NCBI GenBank assembly: GCA_048938005.1
Contig: JBHLMQ010000065.1
Span: 2,934 to 15,095, forward strand
DNA length: 12,162 nucleotides
Direction of reading: 5' to 3'
Source: Promethearchaeota archaeon
GTDB lineage: Archaea; Asgardarchaeota; Lokiarchaeia; Sigyniarchaeales; SOKP01
Notes under the pieces: generated by a model
Told to the model about the DNA's origin: nothing
What the model saw: only the letters and a program-made list of their open reading frames with translations
Databases searched by the model: none
Position numbers and translations under genes: made by a program
In this document: positions 1 to 7,539 of the stretch, piece by piece
How the letters are laid out: every line of letters starts with the position of its first letter
Numbering within the stretch: the first letter of the stretch is position 1

Positions 1-561
1 GATATTGATCATATCAATAAAGCTAAGGAATTTGTCCGTAGGTTTGTTACGGAATATATGGTTGTAAAACGCCTTGTAAAAAACATTGCTCTAACTACTG
101 ATAAGTATATTAAAGATTTTACCTCCGGACAATATAGTGATTTATTACTTGATTTAAGTGGAACTAGAAAAACTGGCTTGTCTTTAAAAATTAGAGACAA
201 TTTTAATGGAGAATATGAATCAACAGAGGTGCTCTCGGGAGGGGATCGCACTGCTTTAGGAATAGCATTACGTCTTGCAATATCGGAATTAATGAGTTCA
301 ATTAGACCTACAAAAGAATCACCAAAGAGAAATCCAAAAATAGATTTTCTTTTATTAGATGAACCTTTAGCTGCTTTAGATGAAACGCGAAGAGAACGAA
401 TTCTCAAGCATTTAATAAAATTAAAATCATTTTCTCAAATTTTTCTTATAACTCATACTGCCATTCCACAAGATATATATACAACCAAGATAATTGTTGA
501 AAAAGATCTATCCACCGGAATAAGCCGAGCTAGATTTGAAAAACCATTAGTGATGATTTAA
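1..561 (+). CDS. rad50: Rad50/SbcC-family SMC-like ATPase, C-terminal part (5'-truncated by window edge)
   Basis: Frame is open from base 1 (DIDHINKAKEFVRRFVTEYM...). ABC signature LSGGDRTALGIALRLAI, Walker B/D-loop FLLLDEPLAALD and H-loop LITH are present. Could be a Rad50 paralog. Confidence 0.85.
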   Translation, partial: DIDHINKAKEFVRRFVTEYMVVKRLVKNIALTTDKYIKDFTSGQYSDLLLDLSGTRKTGLSLKIRDNFNGEYESTEVLSGGDRTALGIALRLAISELMSSIRPTKESPKRNPKIDFLLLDEPLAALDETRRERILKHLIKLKSFSQIFLITHTAIPQDIYTTKIIVEKDLSTGISRARFEKPLVMI

Positions 562-592
562 TGAATAAAACTATTATTTAGAAATATAAAAT

Positions 593-601
593 AAAAAAAA
601 A
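593..601 (-). terminator. Oligo-T (T9) archaeal-type terminator candidate for the histone gene
   Basis: A9 run on + about 20 nt past the histone stop, in the convergent rad50/histone gap. Confidence 0.45.
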
Positions 602-622
602 GATATTTTTGAGCAAGTGAGT

Positions 623-823
623 TTATAAATCTCTTGCCTTTACTGTCTTTCTATTGTTTCCTTTTGCTCTTCCTACTGCCTTATCTAGCAATTCCATTAT
701 TAAACCATTAAGAGAATCCCCATCAAGGACTCCACTACTCGTATTGCACCCCTTACCTTTAATATATTCCCTTACCTTTGATTTAACAAACAAAGGTTCT
801 GCTTTTGCAGCTTTTTTTGCCAT
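623..823 (-). CDS. Histone-fold protein of the short, alpha3-truncated type (face-to-face / Bd0055-like) with a Lys/Ala N-terminal extension
   Basis: LFVKSKVREYIK alpha1, NTS loop, LLDKAVGRAKGNNRKTVKARDL with the L2 RKTV motif and R-D clamp; the protein ends right after RDL. GAGGA SD-like motif upstream. Confidence 0.88.
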   Translation of the reverse strand: MAKKAAKAEPLFVKSKVREYIKGKGCNTSSGVLDGDSLNGLIMELLDKAVGRAKGNNRKTVKARDL

Positions 824-860
824 TTTAAAATCTTCCTCTTTTAGAATTTTTTTTAAAGAA

Positions 861-870
861 TTTATATAAA
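861..870 (-). promoter_or_regulatory. TATA box candidate for the histone gene
   Basis: TTTATATAAA lies about 38 nt upstream of the ATG at 823, leaving room for a short leader containing GAGGA. Confidence 0.55.
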
Positions 871-1180
871 ATCGGATTTAATATTAAAACAAATTATTTT
901 TTGTTAATTATTATTTTCCTAACTGGATTATTAAATGTTACTGATTTTACCTTAAATTTGTAAATTCATTTTTTTCTTGAGAAAATTGAGGATAGAATTG
1001 ATAATATTAAAATGTTATGAGAATTATTAACAAGAGAATATCTTTCAAAATAATAATACATTAATATACAAACTTCTTCTCTTCCTTCCTAAATGAAAAA
1101 TCATACATGGATTTCTACAACTTTAATATTTTTTAAATGAATTTGTAGTATCAAAATCGATTATTATTTTTTTATATGAG

Positions 1181-1201
1181 AAAAAAAATAAAAAAAAAAA
1201 A
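1181..1201 (-). terminator. Oligo-T terminator candidate downstream of alba
   Basis: T12-A-T8 on the minus strand, about 45 nt after the alba stop. Confidence 0.5.
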
Positions 1202-1247
1202 TAAATTGTGTTATTTTGATTCAGCGAAGAATTGATATTTTCACTGT

Positions 1248-1529
1248 TTATTTTGGAGGTGCAAGTACAATTTCAATGCTTGAAACATTGTTATTTTGCC
1301 CATTTTCTCCTTCAAGCTGTTCTGTGGAAAGTTTAATATCTTTATATTCTGTACCTTTTAAGAATCTATTTCTTAAAATCTCACAAACATCAACAGCATG
1401 AGAGATTGCTCTACCTCTGGCTTTTACTGTGCATTCTTCTCCTTTATTTAGAATCATCATAGTAGCCATAACGTAGTTCATTGTTGGTCTACGTCCAACA
1501 AACACGGCATTTTCTTCTTTGCTTGGCAT
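1248..1529 (-). CDS. albA: DNA/RNA-binding chromatin protein Alba
   Basis: VFVGRRPTMNYV, VKARGRAISHAVDV, LRNRFL and VSSIEIVL are all Alba (Sac10b) hallmarks. GAGGA lies 8 nt before the ATG. Confidence 0.96.
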   Translation of the reverse strand: MPSKEENAVFVGRRPTMNYVMATMMILNKGEECTVKARGRAISHAVDVCEILRNRFLKGTEYKDIKLSTEQLEGENGQNNNVSSIEIVLAPPK

Positions 1530-1594
1530 CTTTAATTTCCTCTTTAGTTGTTAATTTATTATTGTATTTCTTTACTTTTTAGTTAATTTGCGCT

Positions 1595-1646
1595 TGCGTA
1601 TTACGTATTGAAGTTTTAACGTATTTTTGAGTTTAAATTACGTAAT
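1595..1646. promoter_or_regulatory. Cluster of CGTA-core repeats including the perfect palindrome ATTACGTAAT upstream of alba
   Basis: TGCGTAT (1595), TTACGTAT (1601), TAACGTAT (1617) and ATTACGTAAT (1637-1646) in otherwise CG-poor intergenic DNA. Confidence 0.5.
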
Positions 1647-1756
1647 AACATTTTCTTGAAATTTTGGAAATATTTTAAATTTTATTGTCAAATTAATAAA
1701 GAATTTTAATTTTCTGAAATAAATTCATTTAAAAAGAACTTTTTCTCAAAAAATAT

Positions 1757-1765
1757 AAAAAAAAA
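1757..1765 (-). terminator. Oligo-T terminator candidate after the small membrane protein pair
   Basis: T9 on the minus strand about 20 nt after the stop at 1786. Confidence 0.4.
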
Positions 1766-1785
1766 GAAATTTTAATATGAAGAAT

Positions 1786-2016
1786 TCATAATCCTTTCAA
1801 TTTTACAGCAAGAAACATTAGAAACCAAGAGAAAAAGAATACTAATATAGCAATCAACATCCATATTTGGTAAGAGCTTAAACCAAAAAGATAAATTAAA
1901 GGTAATAGAGAAGGAGTCCAAAAGATAGTAAATTGGTCGAGTAAGATGAATAGTCCAAAAACCCATAAAAGGAATGTGATAGATACAATAAATTTACTTG
2001 GGGGTGTCCATGCCAT
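1786..2016 (-). CDS. Small two-TM membrane protein (paralog B)
   Basis: 76 aa with two hydrophobic helices; MAWTPPSKFIV...LKGL shared with its neighbour; GGTGA 7 nt before the ATG. Confidence 0.85.
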   Translation of the reverse strand: MAWTPPSKFIVSITFLLWVFGLFILLDQFTIFWTPSLLPLIYLFGLSSYQIWMLIAILVFFFSWFLMFLAVKLKGL

Positions 2017-2061
2017 AAATTTTTCACCAACTTTTTTTTAGAGAATTTCTTTTAGATTTAA

Positions 2062-2280
2062 TTATAATCCCTTTAGTATTATTGCTAGAAAGAAGAGAAA
2101 CCAAGAGAGAAAAAATACTATCAAAGCAATAATGAACCACCCAGGTTCTGTTCCAATTTGAAAAGAAGGTAGAAAACTGGGCCATATCAAGCTAGCCAAA
2201 TCTATTAAGATAAATATCCCGAAAACCATTAAAAGAAACGTTAAAATAACTATGAATTTGCTAGGTGGAGTCCATGCCAT
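2062..2280 (-). CDS. Small two-TM membrane protein (paralog A)
   Basis: 72 aa with the same termini as 1786..2016; AGTGA 7 nt before the ATG. Synonymous divergence between the copies supports coding. Confidence 0.85.
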   Translation of the reverse strand: MAWTPPSKFIVILTFLLMVFGIFILIDLASLIWPSFLPSFQIGTEPGWFIIALIVFFLSWFLFFLAIILKGL

Positions 2281-2392
2281 TTTATATTCACTGATTTATT
2301 TTTGAATTTTTATATATTAAATTAGAAATATATTGAATAATTTAAACTCATTTTTAAACAATATAGTTTAATGTTTAAATTGAGGAGTTAAA

Positions 2393-3091
2393 TTAGTTGT
2401 TTTTAGTAAAGTCCAACTCAACTTCTTCTATTGAATTGTCTTCTATATATTTCTGATCAAATATTTTGCGATTTTCTTCTTTCTTTTTATCTTTACCTTC
2501 ATCATCCTTTTTAACTAAATCCCAGATAATGCTTATAACAAGCAAAGCAGACACAATAACTAAAAGTGGAATTAATAACCCAGAATCTGTGAGAATAATT
2601 TTTACCCAACCGATATAGGGAATTATTCCTACAACAACTCCTAAAATTTTATTTTCTGGAACCCAAGCTTCATCTGGACTTGGATTTGCATCTCCTTTTG
2701 TTAGGAAAAACCAAGCATTATCATATTTTTTACCAATAACTCGGTGAACTATTGGGTCAGCAGGGGGATTTATCCACAATCCGTGAGCGTCAAAAACAAT
2801 TATATCCCCTTCTTTGCCATCAATTGTACCATTCTTTATTGTAGCGGGATCTTTTCCTTGCAAAAACAATAAATCTCCCCTATGAAGTGTTGGTTCCATG
2901 GAGCCTGAAACAACAACGACCATGGGTGTTGTGGTATTTAGAGTAATTTGTAATATATAATAAATTAAAAAAGATCCTGAAAACGCAAAAATTATTAAGA
3001 TAATTGCAATAATAATTTTTTTCTTTGAAGATGACTCCTTTTCCTTCAATTTTTTCTTATTAAAACCCTTTTTTAGATACTTTTGTTCCAT
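2393..3091 (-). CDS. sec11: Signal peptidase I, archaeal/ER type (S26B, Sec11-like)
   Basis: N-terminal TM, VVVSGSMEPTL (catalytic Ser), GDLLF, PIVHRV (catalytic His), TKGDAN, PYIGW and a C-terminal TM. Confidence 0.95.
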   Translation of the reverse strand: MEQKYLKKGFNKKKLKEKESSSKKKIIIAIILIIFAFSGSFLIYYILQITLNTTTPMVVVVSGSMEPTLHRGDLLFLQGKDPATIKNGTIDGKEGDIIVFDAHGLWINPPADPIVHRVIGKKYDNAWFFLTKGDANPSPDEAWVPENKILGVVVGIIPYIGWVKIILTDSGLLIPLLVIVSALLVISIIWDLVKKDDEGKDKKKEENRKIFDQKYIEDNSIEEVELDFTKNN

Positions 3092-3269
3092 AACAAAAAA
3101 ATATGTTGTTCTATGGTCAAGTTACATCATAATACAAATATAAATTTTCTTAAAATAGTGAATGAAAATTGGAATTTTGATGTTTTCCATATGCTATTTG
3201 TGGAATTGAATTATATTGGAAGAATAACATTTTAAATAAACATGTCTTGAATAAAATTATCCATATTGA

Positions 3270-4103
3270 ATGAATAAATGCAATCTTACTAGGGTTAAGA
3301 ACTTTAAAATGCTTGAGAGAAGTCAGTCATTTGAAATACGAGATAAAAATCATGAAGATATCCAAAGGATTATGGAAAATATCTTAGAAAAAAGATTATC
3401 ATTTTCAACTAATACTAAAAGATTGGGAAGATCTTTACTCAGAATTAACTATTTTGATAATAATCTCGATAAAGAGGCACAAAAAGATAATAGAATTACA
3501 ATTTTACAAGAACCAAAAAAGAGAGTATACATCCAAATAAATGGAAGATTGACTGATACTCAAGTAGAACAATTATGGAATGAGCTTGACAAAAGATTAA
3601 ATAATTATCAGATTACATCAAACTTATCGAAATCTAACCCTTCTAAAGCTGAAATAATTCGGGATATTAAAAGCTTAATTGACGAGAGAGGTTATATTGT
3701 TAGAGATGAAGACGTTCAAGAATTTGTTGAGAATTTTATGAAACAATATGACAGACTACCAAGGGAAGAAGAATTTAATTCAATTGTTAAGGGATACATT
3801 ATAATGGTAAATGAAGAAAAGCTTATTGATATTGTTGATTCAAGTATTATTGAAAGTGAACAGAAAATAGAAAGTTCTGAACCATATTTAGAGCATCCTC
3901 AAACTGATTTATCAATTAGCTCTTATGATGTCAATACTTTATTAAAAAAGGATACAGTTGAGCGTAGGAAATGTCCAAATTGTGGAAATGATGGACTTAT
4001 TCACGAAGTGGATGATAAAAGTGTGATTCTCATGGATTACCCGAAAATTTACGGGAAGAAGAACTGCTGTTCACAATGCGGATTTGAATGGAGATCTCAT
4101 TAG
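3270..4103 (+). CDS. Hypothetical protein with C-terminal C4 Zn-ribbon
   Basis: 277-aa ORF ending in CPNCG...CSQCGFEW. The start may instead be the ATG at 3309. Confidence 0.75.
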   Translation: MNKCNLTRVKNFKMLERSQSFEIRDKNHEDIQRIMENILEKRLSFSTNTKRLGRSLLRINYFDNNLDKEAQKDNRITILQEPKKRVYIQINGRLTDTQVEQLWNELDKRLNNYQITSNLSKSNPSKAEIIRDIKSLIDERGYIVRDEDVQEFVENFMKQYDRLPREEEFNSIVKGYIIMVNEEKLIDIVDSSIIESEQKIESSEPYLEHPQTDLSISSYDVNTLLKKDTVERRKCPNCGNDGLIHEVDDKSVILMDYPKIYGKKNCCSQCGFEWRSH

Positions 4104-4204
4104 ATTAAATTACTTCTCCTAAATTTTGATTAAAAATAGTTTTAAATAGTTTATAATTTAAAATAATGATTAAGTTATCTTGAAATTTTAAATTAATATA
4201 GAAT

Positions 4205-5170
4205 TTGATGAATATGGAAGACTATGCTATTATTTATAATCCTATTGCGGGCACGGCAAAAAAAGCCCAAGAAGATATTGAATATACATGTCAATGTTTG
4301 GACAATTTAAATGTTTCATATAAGTTGTTCAAAAGTGAATATGCGGGTCATATATTAGAATTAGCTAACCAGCTTGCTAAGGACGGATATCGAGTAATAG
4401 GAGCTGGTGGAGATGGTACATGTAATGAAGTATTGCATGGAGTTATAACCGCTAGTTCGAGTGCTTTATGTGGATTCATTCCTATGGGCTCTGGGAATGA
4501 TATCCCTGCTGTTATTGGTGTAATTCCAGATATTAAAAGAGCATGTGAAATAATTGCAGAAGGTTATTCAAGTAAATCAGATATAGGATTTGCCAAGACG
4601 GATGAGGGGGTCGAACGCTACTTTCTGGGAGTAGGAAGTCAGGGTTTCGATGCTGAAGTAGCAAGAAGAGTTAATGAAGAAGAAGTGAAAAATTATAATA
4701 TGATGGTGCTTAAAACAGTATTCTCTTGGAAAAATAAAGAGATAATTGTGAAGATGGATAACGACACTTTTGAAGGTTTTGCGAATTTGGTAGCAGTTGG
4801 AAATGGAGGATCTTATGGAGGGGGAATGTATATTTGTCAAAGAGCGAAGGTTGATGATGGCTTATTTGATATTAGTGTTGTAAATATCGGAAAAATAAAG
4901 CTAATATTACAGTTTAAGAGAATGTATTCTGCCTCATTATTACCTCACCCTAATGTGAACGAATATCGAAGTAAAAAAGTTAGAATAGAAATGAAAAATC
5001 CTGAAGATAAACCGTATCTATGTCAAGTTGATGGTGAAATTCTTGGCCCTTTACCAGTAGCATATGAAACGATTAAAGATGGTTATGAATTCATATGCCC
5101 CAAGACTAATGAAGTAGCAGAGGCTTTTAAAATGAAATATGGTAGATATTTCTATGAATATAGCCATTAA
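4205..5170 (+). CDS. Diacylglycerol/lipid kinase family protein (YegS/DgkB/BmrU)
   Basis: YNPIAG, GAGGDGTCNEV, IPMGSGND, GFDAEV, GNGGSYGGG, DDGLFD and VDGE motifs. The true start is probably the ATG at 4208 or 4214. Confidence 0.93.
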   Translation: MMNMEDYAIIYNPIAGTAKKAQEDIEYTCQCLDNLNVSYKLFKSEYAGHILELANQLAKDGYRVIGAGGDGTCNEVLHGVITASSSALCGFIPMGSGNDIPAVIGVIPDIKRACEIIAEGYSSKSDIGFAKTDEGVERYFLGVGSQGFDAEVARRVNEEEVKNYNMMVLKTVFSWKNKEIIVKMDNDTFEGFANLVAVGNGGSYGGGMYICQRAKVDDGLFDISVVNIGKIKLILQFKRMYSASLLPHPNVNEYRSKKVRIEMKNPEDKPYLCQVDGEILGPLPVAYETIKDGYEFICPKTNEVAEAFKMKYGRYFYEYSH

Positions 5171-5215
5171 TTATTTTTTTTAAAGGATATATTTGAATTA
5201 ATTTATTCTTTTGCT

Positions 5216-5839
5216 ATGCCTGATTGGGACGACATTTTCTCTAAAAAGGGTAAAGTATTCACAGAACCTCACCCAGACATTGAGAGAATATCTGAATTAT
5301 TTAAAGAAAAAGGTATTAGACGAGTATTAGACCTAGGATGCGGAACTGGTCGCCACCTTATATATTTATCTAAGAAAGGATTTGAAGTCTATGGCATGGA
5401 TGCTTCACCTAAGGCTTTAGAAATTGCGAAAAAATGGCTCACTGAGGAAAATGAGAATATAGAATTAAAATTACATAGAATGGAGCATAAATTTCCTTAT
5501 AAGAGTGAATTTTTTGATGCTATTATTTCAATTCAAGTGATCCATCATAATTTAATGAAAAATATTATATTAACAATTAAAGAAATTGAGAGAATCTTAA
5601 AATCTAAAGGTATAATATATATTACATTTCCAAGACTGGGAGGGGGAGCAAAAATAGATAATTGGGAATTAAAAAAAATTGAGAAAGGTACATATATCCC
5701 ACAAGCAGGTCCAGAAAAAGGACTTCCTCATCATTTTTTCACCCTAGAAGAAATTAATGATCTATTTAGCTCGTTTAATTTATTAGAAATCTATGAGGAT
5801 CCTACCAATCATCGAGCAATTCTAGGTGTTAAGAAATAG
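5216..5839 (+). CDS. Class I SAM-dependent methyltransferase
   Basis: Motif I VLDLGCGTGRH, YGMDAS, FDAIISIQVIHH and RILKSKG. Substrate unknown. Confidence 0.92.
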   Translation: MPDWDDIFSKKGKVFTEPHPDIERISELFKEKGIRRVLDLGCGTGRHLIYLSKKGFEVYGMDASPKALEIAKKWLTEENENIELKLHRMEHKFPYKSEFFDAIISIQVIHHNLMKNIILTIKEIERILKSKGIIYITFPRLGGGAKIDNWELKKIEKGTYIPQAGPEKGLPHHFFTLEEINDLFSSFNLLEIYEDPTNHRAILGVKK

Positions 5840-5861
5840 CTGGTAAGTATTTATTTCTATT

Positions 5862-7019
5862 TTAATCTTTAAGTTTGATTCTTTCTCCTGAAACATATTT
5901 TGAAACAATTAGTATTACAATAACTACACCTACAAAAGCGATAATAATTATAAGAGTTATTAATACCTCAGGATCTATAACATTTATATCCTCATTCCAA
6001 GGATAATTCCCTTGATAGGTATTAGAAGGATCACTAAAATAATTATTATAAATGAATTGTTCTACAGTTTTTCCAGTAATTTCGAGGCTGTTGTTTAAAA
6101 TATGGGAAAGATCATCTTGAGTAGTGTGATGATACGACCAATCTGGATTATTCCAGAAATTTATTATTAAATCTGCTGAGGGGATACCTAAATTTAAAAA
6201 TGCTCTATGATCATCGATGATTGAGGCACTATTAGGATTTGAAGGAAATTGAGACGTATACCCTAACTGCCTTCCAATTGCAAACAATTCATCTAATAAT
6301 GAAGATGTAGAGTATTGTTCATTGATAAATTGTAAATTCTCGCCTCCGACCATATCTAATAAAATCATACAATCAAAATTCTCTTGCGTGAAATTATAGA
6401 AATTATTAATATCGGAAACAAAGTTTTGAGAACCTTCACACCAATCCCATCCATCTATTCCATAAGCATTGTCTTTCCCTTGATCTTCAGCATCAAAAAA
6501 TAAGAACCATATTTGGCATGATAAATTAATTCTTTGGGCATAAAGCACTCTAGCGAGTTCGAGAAGAACAGCACTTCCACTTGCTCCATCATTCGCACCT
6601 GGAACTGGTTTGCTTCTATTTGATAAAATTGGATCTTTAGTTGCTTTAGCACGTGAATCATAATGAGCTCCTAAAATAACAATATTACTATTATTCTCGT
6701 TTAATTTAAATAAAACATTTTGGCATTCAGTCGAATGGATTGTAAAATTATGAGTAAGATACGTAAAATTACCGTCAATTTCTGTAAATTTCGTAATAAA
6801 ATAATTAGCACAATTAACTCGTTCTTGTGTTCCAGGTATGCGGAAACCAATATCTAACTGATCTTGAACATAAGAGTAAGCATTATCTCCATTAAAATGT
6901 AAATCTACTTCATAATTTTTGACTATAAGAGCATTTGAAGGATACAACAAATAGACAATAGAAAAGATTATAATTGATGAAAACAAGCTTAAAATCAAGA
7001 TAACGTATCTTTTTTTTAT
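5862..7019 (-). CDS. Membrane-anchored M28-family Zn enzyme, glutaminyl-cyclase-like
   Basis: GAHYDSR, PGANDGASG, FFDAED, LLDMVG, IIDDH and HHT motifs; N-terminal signal/anchor and C-terminal TM. The ORF track starts at TTG 6998, but the frame is open to 7025 with ATA at 7019 behind GGTGA, so the start is uncertain. Confidence 0.88.
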   Translation of the reverse strand: MKKRYVILILSLFSSIIIFSIVYLLYPSNALIVKNYEVDLHFNGDNAYSYVQDQLDIGFRIPGTQERVNCANYFITKFTEIDGNFTYLTHNFTIHSTECQNVLFKLNENNSNIVILGAHYDSRAKATKDPILSNRSKPVPGANDGASGSAVLLELARVLYAQRINLSCQIWFLFFDAEDQGKDNAYGIDGWDWCEGSQNFVSDINNFYNFTQENFDCMILLDMVGGENLQFINEQYSTSSLLDELFAIGRQLGYTSQFPSNPNSASIIDDHRAFLNLGIPSADLIINFWNNPDWSYHHTTQDDLSHILNNSLEITGKTVEQFIYNNYFSDPSNTYQGNYPWNEDINVIDPEVLITLIIIIAFVGVVIVILIVSKYVSGERIKLKD

Positions 7020-7103
7020 AAAAACTCACCAAATTATAAAAATAATGATAAAGATATTGTCTTACTTAATCTAAAATTAAAAGATAAAAAAAATAATTTA
7101 AGT

Positions 7104-7526
7104 TTAGGTTGGTTCAAAACCTAAATCTACTCTTGTTTCGCCTTTGATTTCTGTTTCAATAAATGTTGCCTTAACAGGTATTCCAATATTAATTGTTTCA
7201 GGCTTACTCTCGTCTACACCTATTAATTGCCCGCTTACCATTGGACCTTCATCTAACTTTATAACTGAAAAACAATAAGGCTTATTTCTATCATACCCTT
7301 TTTCAACAAAAAAAGGTGTTCCTACTGTAATACTAGTAAAAGCAGCAAGCTTACCGTTCCCAGACATTTCTACCCATTCCATATTTGCAATATTACATTT
7401 AGTGCAGAGTTTTCTAACTGGTACATATATAGCGCCACAATCTTTACATTTTGATCCCATTAATTTCTTTTCAGCTAAAAAATCTATATAACTCTTTATA
7501 GTAAAATCTCTCTCACTTTCAGACAT
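7104..7526 (-). CDS. DUF35-family Zn-ribbon/OB-fold protein (thiolase partner)
   Basis: CKDC...CTKC ribbon, GKLAAFT and VIKLDEGP OB-fold. Start moved to ATG 7526 (MSESERD), which has GGTGA 7 nt upstream and avoids overlap with the thiolase. Confidence 0.92.
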   Translation of the reverse strand: MSESERDFTIKSYIDFLAEKKLMGSKCKDCGAIYVPVRKLCTKCNIANMEWVEMSGNGKLAAFTSITVGTPFFVEKGYDRNKPYCFSVIKLDEGPMVSGQLIGVDESKPETINIGIPVKATFIETEIKGETRVDLGFEPT

Positions 7527-7539
7527 TTTTTTCTCACCT

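Noticed and set aside
9-407. 132-aa minus-strand ORF
   Set aside because: Antisense shadow of the Rad50-like gene; no motifs.
654-869. 71-aa plus-strand ORF
   Set aside because: Antisense to the histone gene.
1061-1108. 15-codon minus-strand ORF (MYDFSFRKEEKKFVY) over a purine tract in the alba-histone gap
   Set aside because: Too short, no SD-like motif, no independent support.
1111-1150. ATTTCTAC...GTAG weak hairpin resembling a Cas12a-type repeat
   Set aside because: Single copy, 6-bp stem, no spacers or cas genes.
1216-1401. 61-aa plus-strand ORF
   Set aside because: Antisense to alba.
1772-1966. 64-aa alternative-frame ORF
   Set aside because: Overlaps the paralog-supported membrane protein frame; its hydrophobicity reflects T-rich DNA.
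4577-4840. 87-aa minus-strand ORF
   Set aside because: Antisense within the lipid kinase gene.
6455-6661. 68-aa alternative-frame ORF
   Set aside because: Nested out of frame in the M28 catalytic region.
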